Source: Nemertoderma westbladi (Eukaryota > Animalia > Xenacoelomorpha). From it: a stretch of 64,000 nucleotides of DNA. The notes under the pieces are model-generated. The model ran no database searches, was not told the DNA's origin, and saw only the letters and a program-made list of their open reading frames with translations. Position 1 is the stretch's first letter, and every line of letters begins with the position of its first letter. Both the position numbers and the translations under genes were made by a program. Location of the stretch: positions 1 to 64,000 of the forward strand of contig JAUCBJ010008121.1 of NCBI GenBank assembly GCA_032718475.1, given 5' to 3'. Of the stretch, positions 34,476 through 46,639 are shown piece by piece.

Positions 34476-36761
34476 ATGCATAGATCAATTATCCCATCAC
34501 TGAAGAATGCTGGCGATTTAATACCCCCAATTGATAACTTTAAATCTTCTTATTTAGATTGCCCCTCTTTTTGCACGATATGTATGTGCAAAGTTGGTTC
34601 TCCATTCGTCCCCACACAGCAGGAGCTGTGGGATGAACACGTAACTAGCGACTGCCACACAGAAGCCAAAACTGATACAGATAAGGTGCCTAAGACATCA
34701 ATAAATAAATCAGCAGCATACTTGCCACCTAATTTTAAGAACCTATTGGATGCTTTTCTTACCTCTACAATAAATTTAAAATTCCCCTTTACACAGTTCA
34801 TTGTGTTACGAACTAGAATGTTCAATAATCAAAAAAAACGTTTGCGTCATATATATCGTGACTTCCTGAAACTTTTACGCCAAACAGTCATCGATTGTAG
34901 TTTTAATTCGGTCGATTTTATACCGATTGGATCAATGGTTAATGGTACCGCTATACCATCCTCTGCATTAGACTTGCACATGGCTGTAAATCCACAGGCG
35001 GATTTTTATTACAAACATCCTCTACCCTACTATGTAGAACAGCTACTTAAATTTCATGAACCAGAAGATAAGAGTAGTATACATTGGGCTACAAATGCGG
35101 TATATTTCCAGAAAGTAGATCAAGTTATGCGAAAGTACAGCACATCGAACCCCAACGTTCGTTCAGATAGCGAAGCTCTGCAATTCGTTGTTGATGTTCT
35201 CGGTTGTATTCCTCAAATATCTGACGTATCAGCCAGGTATCCTGTGGTTAGTTTCACCGCGGGTGCTCAGCCATGTTGCATATGGCTAACCAATCCCAGC
35301 TGTGTGAGCGCCACTACGTTAATCAGCAGGTTCGTTTTAAGTGACGTGCGGTTCCAAGAGCTGGCTATTGCCATAAAGATTTGGGCCAAGTGCCGAGGGT
35401 TAGTCGGGGACAGTAGCTGCAGTGACGGTCGATTGTGTAGCTACGGATGGTTGCTACTGGTTGTGTTTTATTGCCAATCCTTGAATGTTCCGTTGCTGCC
35501 GGCTATGATTGCTTCTGAGTTAACCACTAGACATGTTAGATACATCAATGTGAACCCCAAGAGAAACAAAGGGATAAGTGCTGATCTATTGCGAGGGTTT
35601 TTCGCTTTTTACGTTTCCTTCAACTTCGAACAGACTGTTGTTTGCCCTTTAACCCCAATGGTTTTTCATTCTATTGACGTATTTAAAACTGAGGGATTGT
35701 TGCCTTCAACAACATCAGCGATGTACATCTACGATCCGGTTCAGCCCAAGCTGAACGTAGCTGAGAATACTACTGATGAATTTATGAAGCTCATGATATA
35801 TGAGATGCAAGTTGGATCATATATTTTACAAGATAATGAGTTGATTGATGAAGGCAATAAACAAATAAGTGGATTTTCTATGTTATTGATGCAAGAACCT
35901 TTACATGCTGATGTTGGTTTTGAGGTTGAAATTGATGAGAGTCAGTTATTTACAAAAATGGCCTGTGATGGGGATGAGATCAGGTTTGATATGACTCATG
36001 GCATTGATTTGCAAGTCTGGGATAAGAAACGCAAGTACTGGTCAGATGTTCTCGGTTACTGGTTCCACAGCGTCTCCTTGCTATTTGTTCATATGATCGA
36101 GGATGTTTTATGTCACACTATTGTAGAGTCGGAACACAATTTGCCTCCGCCACTGATGAAATTACCTACCACCAAACGCGAAGGAGATGATTACTCTGAT
36201 GTTGATGGTGATAGTGTCCACACAATCAAAAAGATGAAGTCGGAAACCGGTGAACCGATTGCAGTTCATAGCGATTCCGCTATTAACATTACTGATGCAG
36301 ATTTTGCTGGCCTTGATAAGTTTTATACATCTTGTGACGATCTCCGTATCCGGTTTATGCGTGGGTTAATTGAAAGAAACATCTCGGTGATCTTTTGTGC
36401 CGATTACACCAGCGAATCTGTCGAGAGGGAAATGTGGCTTGATAAGCATAAAGATTTAGTGCGAGCCGGGAAAAGGGTTGTAATAGAGCGTAAAATTAAT
36501 AAAGTTTTGAGAAATTCACAAAGTAATATGTTAGACACGCGATTGGTTTATCGGGTTAGCATTGTGGGCGTTACGACATCATCGCAATTTCCCAGGGTTG
36601 AAATGAAATTCGAGAAGATTTCGGGGGAGACAGCCGATTGGGATAATTTGTTTGCGTTGATCAGTGGTAGGACTCGACATGGACTCACCCGCGCCCATTC
36701 TGTGAAAGCGATTCTCCTCCAAATAATTCGACAACAGGAGATTGGAAAACAGTACTGGTGA
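34476..36761 (+). CDS. TUT1/Star-PAP-like terminal nucleotidyltransferase, catalytically degenerate, single ORF
   Basis: N-terminal C2H2 matrin-like finger (CTIC...H-x5-H), GSMVNG...SALDL, IKIWAKCRGL...SYGWLLLVVFYCQ, LLRGFFAFY..FNFE, PAP-associated YDP...LNVA. Confidence 0.75.
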   Translation: MHRSIIPSLKNAGDLIPPIDNFKSSYLDCPSFCTICMCKVGSPFVPTQQELWDEHVTSDCHTEAKTDTDKVPKTSINKSAAYLPPNFKNLLDAFLTSTINLKFPFTQFIVLRTRMFNNQKKRLRHIYRDFLKLLRQTVIDCSFNSVDFIPIGSMVNGTAIPSSALDLHMAVNPQADFYYKHPLPYYVEQLLKFHEPEDKSSIHWATNAVYFQKVDQVMRKYSTSNPNVRSDSEALQFVVDVLGCIPQISDVSARYPVVSFTAGAQPCCIWLTNPSCVSATTLISRFVLSDVRFQELAIAIKIWAKCRGLVGDSSCSDGRLCSYGWLLLVVFYCQSLNVPLLPAMIASELTTRHVRYINVNPKRNKGISADLLRGFFAFYVSFNFEQTVVCPLTPMVFHSIDVFKTEGLLPSTTSAMYIYDPVQPKLNVAENTTDEFMKLMIYEMQVGSYILQDNELIDEGNKQISGFSMLLMQEPLHADVGFEVEIDESQLFTKMACDGDEIRFDMTHGIDLQVWDKKRKYWSDVLGYWFHSVSLLFVHMIEDVLCHTIVESEHNLPPPLMKLPTTKREGDDYSDVDGDSVHTIKKMKSETGEPIAVHSDSAINITDADFAGLDKFYTSCDDLRIRFMRGLIERNISVIFCADYTSESVEREMWLDKHKDLVRAGKRVVIERKINKVLRNSQSNMLDTRLVYRVSIVGVTTSSQFPRVEMKFEKISGETADWDNLFALISGRTRHGLTRAHSVKAILLQIIRQQEIGKQYW

Positions 36762-37586
36762 TCTTTCAGTCAATATATTTTCCACTTTGTATAAATGTAT
36801 ATAAGACTACCGTTTATTAGTTACACATTAATTGTATTTCGTCTCTGTCTGCAGATGACAATATGACTTACTTTCCACATTTGAACTTCTTGATTCTAAA
36901 TATTATAGACTAGATAAATTACAACCAGAGCCTGTAGATTGGACCTGGGCTTTGATCCTCCCTTGACCCAGTTCGATCCAGGGCTGGACCCGTTCCGATT
37001 TCGACGAGTGGTGCGAACACTAATGCGTTGCGTAGTACGTACCCACACAGGAAGATAACTAACTGGCTCCTAGAGGAGAAATCCCGTTTCATCTTCTCCC
37101 AATACCGATTATATGAAAATCATGAAACACACGGGTCACTTGGAGTTTTAGTTTTCATTACCTTTTCTATTAATACAGTTTGTTTTAACTTTTAAGTATA
37201 TATAAATTTTATTGTTTTTTTTTGTTTATGATATAATGCTTTTAATTAATTAGATGCAGCTTTGAATAGTAACAATTAATAGAGCCACCCCCCCCCCCCC
37301 CCCCCCCCCCCTGCAGAAACAACATCTGCTACAAGTACTACCAACCTGTACGGGTCTTGTGAAAACCCTTTGACGTCAACAAACCTGGAAGCCAGCCAAT
37401 TACATATCTTCACTGCCATCTCTAGGTAACAGATGTGAGTGCGGTGCAGTGAGTGCGGCAGACAGTTGTAATGTCTAACAAGGTGTTTGAGGGGGGGGGG
37501 GGGTGTTTTCCATGAGTGATACTGGTCTAAATAGTACGCCGTTCTATGCATTCTGGTATAGATGTGTATCTATCATCTTCTATAAT

Positions 37587-37972
37587 CCCGATCCCGGAAA
37601 ACCTGGATCCTGCCGAAAAGTGCAATCACGGTTCCGATCCCGAGTTTTTGTGGAACGGGATCCCGAAGTTTAAATTGTGAAGTAAACTTCTTGAGTATCC
37701 AATGAATATTTGAATCACACCAGAAATGTACTGATTATATTGAATTTTTATGACAGTAAACCATCCAGGTAATCAATTGAAAAATAATAATAATTTATCT
37801 TAATAATATTTCAGAAGTGTAAGATAAAGTAAGCGTTACTCACAACTCGCCACATATACTAAACTTCAAAGAATTTAATCCAGAATTGCAATCCCGACCC
37901 CAGAAAACGGGATCCCGAGAGGGATAAATCCCGATCACGGAAATCCCGAACGTCTGATCCCGTTTAAACACC
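37587..37972. mobile_element. GATCCCG-motif-rich subterminal region of a degraded DNA transposon
   Basis: atcccg/gatcccg recurs about ten times in two clusters. Confidence 0.4.
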
Positions 37973-39402
37973 ATGCCCCGGAATATAGTGTCGAAATTCC
38001 GTGGCTATTCAATTACTGTACTATATATGATTTAAGCTTGATGTAACTGATACATTCAGTAGGCCTACCGGTACTGTAGCATAAAGATATAACTGTCTGT
38101 AGTACTGTATTAACAGTACTCAGATGCAATTATAATGTATGTGTATAGGGGGCCTATGGTTTCTATACTCCAGATACTTAGATACAAAGGCCTAGCCTAC
38201 ATTTGTCTCTTGTTATGGTTATAATTTCTTTGTCTCAAATTAGGGGAAATTCATGGAAACCGATACCATATTAAAGACAGTAGTCAAATGTAAAACTATG
38301 AAATCTTTACCACATAAAAGTAAGTAGTTTTATATAAAAATACAGCCTTTTTACTATAAAATGTCATAATTTCGAGAATCAGGTCAAAGTGGAATGCAAA
38401 AATCTCATATCGATTTTAAAACCTTAAAATTTATGAAAAAAAGCTTCGATTTTTGACGGGCCGCTAGAATATTACTAGAAAGCCAGCAAGCTGGCTGGAA
38501 GGAGCCCGGGGGAAAAATCCTAGCCAAGACTATTATAAAGAACTATGTCAGTCAGCAGTAAGTAAACTAAAATTGTCTAAACTGCAAGGCGTGAGGCTAG
38601 CTGACTTTGTGGCTCGCCCCACATAATAAAAAATGCAACTTAGCTACCACTAACAAAAATGTAATATGAAGCAAATAATTTCATTATCAAGAACGTTTAC
38701 AAGATATAAGATGCGATTACCGAATATTTATAAAAAATGCCCATGATGCACAACCAGATAAATAACAACGAATAGAGCCAAATAACAAATTTAGTTTCCT
38801 TCTATAGGTATTACCCCGTCGTCAAGCGGAATATCTCTTCCCAGTGAATTCTATGTGAATATGTAATATAGGTACTCCTTAGGCGGTAGGCCAGAGCGGG
38901 CTCCTTAAATACATGCAACTACTGTATTATAGTGTAGGTCAACTATAAAACATTTTGCAATCCACAGTGAGTATCGACTGCAATAGGACACAACACACTG
39001 CTTTGTGTAACTAAAATTCATTCTCCTGATCCACCCCCTAACATAGCAGAGTGAGTAACCTTATTGTAGATATACCCTTAGGAAGCACTGGGAGAGCAAT
39101 CAGCTTATGGGGTAATACATTAGAAACCAACAGCTTATGTGTGAGTAAACATTGCCTTTCCTTATAGCCTACTAGTAAAACTTGGCAACCAACACGTTTT
39201 TCTATGACTGTGTATAACATATTAAGCCATATTTCATCATGAACACCAGCTGTTTTTTACCATTGCTTTTAATTTCGCGACAAAACAATGTCAAAAAACT
39301 AAATATGTCGAATACCACACATAGAAATCGATCTGAAATTTTGTAACGCGATTATGAACCACCAAAGCAATGTACTTGCAAAATTTCATAAAAATCGCCA
39401 GG

Positions 39403-39600
39403 CAGGAAGTGCCTTAACCTAGATAATTATCAGTCAGTCAGTATGTCAGTCAGTGTAATGTATCCTGAGATTTTTACAGAAAGTATCCCTGAGATTCTTA
39501 CAGGAAGTGCCTTAACCTAGATAATTATCAGTCAGTCAGTATGTCAGTCAGTGTAATGTATCCTGAGATTTTTACAGAAAGTATCCCTGAGATTCTTACA
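39403..39600. repeat. 98-bp perfect tandem duplication with (CAGT)n, inside a probable non-autonomous element
   Basis: caggaagtgcc...gagattctta at 39403 and 39501. Confidence 0.9.
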
Positions 39601-40353
39601 GTAAGTATCCCGCTGTCAAGCGGGCTCCTAATAAGTATATCCAATCCGGTTGAATTATACCTAACGATGTACAGGAATGGTTACAGATCATTATTCGAAT
39701 TAGTTTTAAGTAGGTTTCTGTAATTATTTGGCTATAGGAGCCCCTTGAAGTTGATATTGAATTTGTCTCACGTTTGGGTCCATGTCTCAAATTAGGCAGA
39801 ATGACTGTAATTATTATTTAATGAATTTAATTATATTAACCAAACAATTTGTAACTAGAACGTCATCAAGATGGCTTTAAACGAACCTGTCTTAAACAGA
39901 CTAATTAAATAAACTAATTACCAATTGAGAAAATAAGTCAATTAAGTTTTATATAACAACTTAAACAGACTCAAAGAAACATTGGGATTGGAAGATACAA
40001 ACAAACCAAGAATGACTTGCATCAACCAAAAAACTGCCTCCCATCTAATGTAGGCTTAACACACATTCGCCTAGGCAAACAAATAATAATTACAATTACT
40101 TCTGTGTGTGTGTGTGTGTGTGAAATGTTATGCTTATCCGTAACCTGGGAAACGGCCCCAAAGAGCAGTTTATTCTGCGGAGGGGTCTTTCTGTATTAGA
40201 TAAATAAAATAAAGATCACTAATTATTTATACCTAATATATTCTCAGTTAGCCTAATAAAAACATCGGAGCAACCAATATAATGTACATACACCCCACAG
40301 GCCTCCTATGGAAATTTGTGAAATCGTCCAGTACGTCTACCCAACAGCCGTTG

Positions 40354-41749
40354 CAGGGCCGGATTAAAGTTTTGGTTTTTGGTCCCTCGAGAATGCTAGG
40401 GCCATATCAGCGAACTTTTTTGAATTTGAAATTTGTTAAATACATTTATTTCTACAATTACGGTAACAACTTCAGTTTGACTTGTAATGTATATTGATAT
40501 TGATAACTACAGTACTACTGTAGTTCAATAACTACTGTACTATTCTCACCAATATAAGTTATTGAACATTGGTGCAAATAACGTAAACACCAATAATACA
40601 CAATAATATACAAAAAAGAATACCAGGTGAGATATATCGAGCACAATAATAATTGTAATACAGTATGATGCACAATAGTAAAACATAAACTCTATAAATA
40701 TGACCTACCTACAGTAATGAGTTACGAAAACAGTATGTGTGATAGTGGTGGTGCATGGTTTGTAAAGGGGTGTTGGTGGGTGTGTGTAGTGTTTTGAGTG
40801 CGCGGTATTTGTGTAAGTGGATGAACGATTCGGGGTTGTCTAGGATGCTAGCTGAGAGAGGGGCGGACAGTTAGTGCATTCGAGTATGTGGTATCTATTG
40901 GTGCAGGTTGTGTTGCAGTATTTGCAGAGACAGTTGGGTGCGACACTTGTGGAACGGTTTGTTATTTTTGCATATTTTGTGATGAAAACCATGAGCGGTA
41001 GTTCTTGTAATAATATTGCGGTTTTTCTGTCCAGGGAGTTTCCATGTGTTAGATTTGAAAGCGGGTCCGTGTATGTACTGTTAGTCGGCAAAGTTTTGAG
41101 TGCGTTCACGTCTGTGTTGTAAGTATTGGATTTCGACATCTGCCTGGAGTATGTCGGGATGTTTTTCTAGAATACTTTCTATAAGCGTTGATTCATTTAC
41201 TAGTTTTAAACCCAGGGTGGATGAGGATGAGATGTGTAGTCCTAGTAAACGCTACACATATGTTGCTTTGATTTTGTCCAGTTCCTTCAGGTTAGTGAAC
41301 TTTAAAAATTGTGCAAAGACTGGCAGTGCGTACAGACCATGTGTACATGTCTCAACTGAAAGTAATTGTAGCATATTCAGTGAACCTATGATTTTGAATG
41401 CTTTTTCTTTTTTGGACTTTACGTGGTTAGTGAAGCACAATGTCGGCTGTAGTATTACCCCCAGATATTCGTATTGGTTACGGTAACGGTAATTACGGTA
41501 ACAACTTAACAAGGTTCTGTTTGACTTGTAATGTATAAAATAACGTAAATAATCTCTGTAAAATCACATGTAAACCGCTAAAATTAATGGTTTTCAAGTC
41601 AAAGAATGATTTCCATAGTTTAAATTTTACATTATTTATTAATTTCTAATTTTTAATCCCTCCTTTACATGTTATTGGAATTGGGGGCCCCAAAAAATCG
41701 GGGGCCCCTAGGCTATAGCCTAGCTATCCTAGGCCTTAATCCAGCCCTG
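40354..41749. mobile_element. Non-autonomous hAT element with 8-bp TSD
   Basis: TIR CAGGGCCGGATTAA...TTAATCCAGCCCTG; AGCCGTTG at 40346-53 and 41750-57; GGGCCC subterminal motifs. Confidence 0.9.
40590..41480 (-). pseudogene. 5'-truncated non-LTR retrotransposon 3' end nested in the hAT element
   Basis: YEYLGVILQPTLCFTNHV (RT end) and C-terminal CKYC...HILEC knuckle, broken across frames. Confidence 0.75.
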
Positions 41750-44260
41750 AGCCGTTGGTACGCGGCTGGCACCCTGGTTCAGTTTTCTGGTTTTATTAGT
41801 TTAATCAACAGATGGTTGTAAACGTCCCAGATATACAAAACCTACTAAGCCTTTACATTACAATTGACCTTAGCCGAGTTGATGGCATTATTATAACGAT
41901 GACAATAAGCCCTATAGATACATACGATACCGTATATAAATTATGTACTGCTTGATATTACACTAACTGACTGAATAGAGATAGAACAATAATTAACGAT
42001 ATAATTAATGTACGTAACTCAACTCCAATTGACAATAAGTAGTGAAATGTTGTTCAGCTGTAAAAGTGTAGTTTTGTTGTGGGTATTTAATTTCGCGTTC
42101 CATAATGTTGATAATATGCTAATATTTCGAATATCGCACATCGAAATGTTCTCAACTATTTATTCAACAACTTGAGTACCTGCTTGAATTTTTGAGATAT
42201 TGGATGGTTATACATACACACACACCGACAACCACATCGTGTTTTTGAACGGCTCAAATCTTGACAAGAAAGAACTAACCAGTCGTTATTAATGCGACAC
42301 CGTTACTAAAATTATGCTAAAATTGCTCGGTAAAATGTGAAATTTAAATTTTAAATAATGAATTTTAAATTTAGAATTTTAAATAATGAAATAATATCTG
42401 TACACTCGGGAAAAACCAGTCAGTCATAGATCTGTGGTCGGTCGAGGTTCGCAAGGTGAGGGAGCTGCAAAGGTCGGAGTTAAATCGACGGAGAGCGTAG
42501 CAGGTTGAATAGTGATCTTTGGCGACTGCTTTGCCGTGGCAGAGCCAGCAAATGCAGTCTTCAGTGGGCCTCCAGCATTTTGGAGATTGGTACAGTTTGT
42601 GATGGAAGCCATTGGAGATTGGTTGCGCAGCTGATCGACGGCGGAAAACGGTTAAACTGGCCAGATCTATGGATTCATCGTTGGGGTGGTCTATTACTGC
42701 AACGATGATGAGGCGAATTTACTGAGGCCGCACCAGAACATACCAGAAGAAAACCCTGGTTCGGTAAACGTGATCGAGTTGAGCGACCTCAACTACATTG
42801 ATGTAGGTGGTGCAACCGTATGATACCGCTGTTAGAATTATGCTCTGCCAGAGTCGTTTTGCAGACTCCAATTATAATTAGATTCTTTCCTGTCTCAATT
42901 TTTTTTCTGCAGATTTTTGGACATGAAGAAAAAAAAAGAAAAAAAGCTGGCATTTAGCTCCCTGATTGGCTAGAGCTACACATGACCTACTACAGCTGTA
43001 TATATACAGTATACTACGACCTACTACATACAGTATATATAGTAAGTCATGAGCTACTGTACAATATCATCTCTAGGCCTTCCCAAGCAGCCTTTAATCA
43101 TCCTTGATAGACTGTTGGTTGTTCATTCATTCCCTATCCATCCACTCATACTTCACGTAGGTGGAGGGAGATGTGTGTTTAGGTATGCGGTCACTGACAT
43201 CAATATTATTACTAACTTTTAAAATGAATACTAATATTCACTACAACCTGAGGTGTGTGTTTATCAGTTTATTAACTGATGAATGAAATAAATTATTGTT
43301 TTACGAAAGTGATTATTTGTGTAAGCTTACGTATTTGCTGTATTATTATTTAATCTAAATGTACATAATAGTTTTAATAAATTATTTTACAAAATGTTAC
43401 CAATTCTTAGTTTGGCCTGCTGCTTACGGGGCCCATGTGAAGAATACCAGACTTTCTGCCGTTATATTTCACTTTGCAGTTACCCCCATGTGAAGAATAC
43501 CAGTTTTTCACCAAAAACACAGGTTACAGAAGGGCTGAATCTAACCAAAACAATAAACGAATTAGTATATGTACAGGTTATAAGACAGAAATAAGCTATA
43601 TAAAACACTTAATAAAGATAAATTTAAATAAATGAAAAATCTTCATATATAAAATTCCAATAAAAAGTCGACCGAAAAGTGAAATCCTGGTATTCTTCGC
43701 ATGGACGAATTACGGGATCGTGTTAATTAGGCCGAATGAAAATTTCATGTCCGTCTGTCTGTCTGTCCGTTCGCCGGTCGGTCCGTAATAAATAATTCAT
43801 TCGTAAATAACTTTTGATGATTTTAACCATTTTCAACCAAATTTTGTATAGGTATACTAGAGAAAAAGTTCCAATATTTTGAGACGGAGTAAAAAATCCC
43901 TGTTAAAAATAGGGCAATAAACGAATTATACAAACATGCATAGACGCATATAAACTACATATTAAATTTCTCGAAATTACATAAAATACATTTTTTAAAT
44001 GGGCTAATTAGTAATATCGGTACTACTGTAGTTATTACAATCGTTCTGGAACAAGTCAAATTCGTTGCAGTGTTTCTACTGGGGTTTGTGTTTCCTTCTG
44101 AATTTTATCCATTAAACACAAGCGAACTGACGATTTAGAGACCGGATGGGCTTCCTTATCATTATAGTTTCACAGTTATTCATATGATTCTCACCTGCAG
44201 CATCCACTTATATACTAATAACTTATATACTAATAATCCACTTATATATTAATAAAGGGA

Positions 44261-45505
44261 ATGGGGATGGGGGGCCCGGCAGGGAAGGCTGTAGCGGTGC
44301 TAGTGGTAGATAGGATACACAAACATGTCAATATTATGTCATTATTTGGTGCAATTTATTTCCGTACCTTTGTCGATGACGGCGAAGCTATTTTTGACCG
44401 GGTTTTGTCGAAGGAAGAACAGACCGAGATAGTACAATGTTATAATAAGGGGGGGGGGGGGGGGGTGGAAGTGTTTGGACGGGACGATATTAAATTCACT
44501 TTTGAATTTTCGAATTCTAAGTCTGTGTTTCTCGACCTTGAATTGGTAAGGGGAGAGGGAGGGGGGATTATATCCAAGGTCCATTTCAAGCCTCTATCCA
44601 AGAAACTTCCTATCCCCACGACTAGTTTACACTCTAGGAAGACTTTGGAGGGTGTAGCCAGGGGACAACTTAGCAGGTTCGGGAGGTTGACAAGGACTAA
44701 GACCGAGTACGAGGAGGCACGTGACAGATACCTCACAGACTGTTGGGTTTCGGGATACGCCCGGACTTTCTTAGACAGGATTAGACAGTGGGACCCCCAC
44801 AGACGAAGGATTGACGTAGCAGCGGGAAGCCCCGTTGACCAGACAGACAACCAACGGCGGACACACACGACCGTTCTACCGGACAGGGTTCACTTCGGAA
44901 TAGACGCCAGGTTCACACCAGCGGTGAATCCGGTACTATCCAGACACAGATCGTGGATGGAAGCAGTTGGAATCAGGTTACTCGCGTCCACGAGGACAGG
45001 TCGGAATATAGGGAAGTTGCTGATAAAAAAGAAAGCTGCAGCAGGCCAAAGCGGGAACCACCCGTGCGGCCGGCCCCGTTGCAAGACGTGTCCATCCATC
45101 CTAGACAAACCTTGCACCCCGTGGGGGGTCAAGATCAGTGGTTCTTTCGATTGTACATCCCACAACGTACTGTACATATTGTCGTGTTCTGACCATCCGC
45201 ACAACTTCTATTTAGGACAGACAGAACAGACAATACGCGACAGACTAACCAAGCACAGATCAGCGATCCGAAATTTCAGGAAGGAACTCGAACCCGATTT
45301 GGACAGCACCCCGGAGTATGTTCTCCTGCAACATTTCTCCACTTGCCCCATCGACAGTATTAGGATCACCGCCTTTCGCAAGTTCCACAATGACATAGAC
45401 AGGATCCACGCTGAATCCGTACACATCAACAAATACAGACCCCCTGTTTGCGCTTTTAAGACCTTTGACAGTTTAACCTGCCAAATTAGGATGTCTTTTA
45501 GATGA
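44261..45505 (+). mobile_element. Penelope-like element, 5'-truncated RT plus GIY-YIG endonuclease
   Basis: RT motifs FVDDG and FLDL, CGRPRCKTCP linker, NVLYILSC...YLGQTEQTIRDRLTKH GIY-YIG. Confidence 0.9.
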
Positions 45506-46106
45506 TATATAGTCTTTAGCCTATGACGAGTATTTGATACACTACATTAGCCGAAGCCAGTCTATGCGCAATCATTCACCCGCTGGATATACCCGGGAGA
45601 TTGAATTCGGAAGCTTAATGATTGATGGTGTAAGCCTACTGTATTATTCGACTGATCGTAATATATAATCTCTGACAAATATTATTCACTTTCGGGAAAT
45701 ATTAACAGTTCCTTTAGGACGTGGCGCTCTATCTATGTAAACAGAGTTATGACTTAAACCAGACACAACGAAAAGGCTATAGATTCACGTATATGGCGCA
45801 TTCTTTAGGAGATGCTTTGTTATCAGTCACAATCATACACAATGCTGCACAATGCTGCACACCAATCTGCCGACCTTCACTAATTTTAGTCACATACAAA
45901 GAGAATAACAGACAATACATGTAGGGCCTATAAAATAGCATTAGATTCACTTCAAACCACTTAACATAGGTCGCAATCGTTTATCTGTAACCGGTCTCTC
46001 TAACCTTTAGTATATCAAGAAGGTTGGGTGTCTGACTATTGATCAGTATTCCAAATATAATCTTCCATCAACAAATATAATGAATAACCGACAGCAAAAG
46101 CAGTAA

Positions 46107-46610
46107 TGTTAAGTAAGATATGCATGATATGTTTAGTAAGCATTGATAAGGTAACTCGTTAACTCGATAACAGATATACGTTCTATAATTAAGCCTACTA
46201 ATGTAAGACTAAAGACTGAAACACGGAGGTGCCAAAAGCCGGTGTTCTTAGGCTCTGGGCAAAAACATAACACAGAATTCCTGAGTTTCTGTATCCACCT
46301 CCAACACAGAGACAAAAAACGCTCTGATTGGTCGACCGAACAACGAGAGAACAAAGAAACAAAGAAATGTCGACGTGGCAATATCAGCTGTTAGCCGTCG
46401 TCATGGTAGCGACACTGTTTTCAAGAGTATCGAGCTTATTGCGTCCCGAAATTGCGGATTATGTCCTCTAAAGTACAAATACAGAAGAAATGGCTTTTAT
46501 GTCCTCTAAAACACCAGTACAGTAAGGACACGGCATTTTTATGCCCAGTAAACCAACTACAGAGTACTTTACGGGGAAAATAACCGGCTAATTACGCAAA
46601 AGCTTTTACA
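46107..46610 (-). repeat. Candidate single LTR (TGTAA...TAACA on minus strand) preceded by a purine-rich tract
   Basis: Minus strand GGGAGCGG|TGTAAAAGC at 46618-46602, internal CCAAT; no second copy in window, lower boundary tentative. Confidence 0.3.
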
Positions 46611-46639
46611 CCGCTCCCAGAAAATGGGATTTAAGTCTA

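Noticed and set aside
42424-42800. Possible coding exon in a GC-richer patch
   Set aside because: Only short ORFs and no recognisable motif, so it cannot be supported
45520-45545. Hammerhead ribozyme in the Penelope 3' region (aTGACGA-GTAT-ttg-ATAC)
   Set aside because: Lacks the initial C of CUGANGA and the following GAAA; at best a remnant
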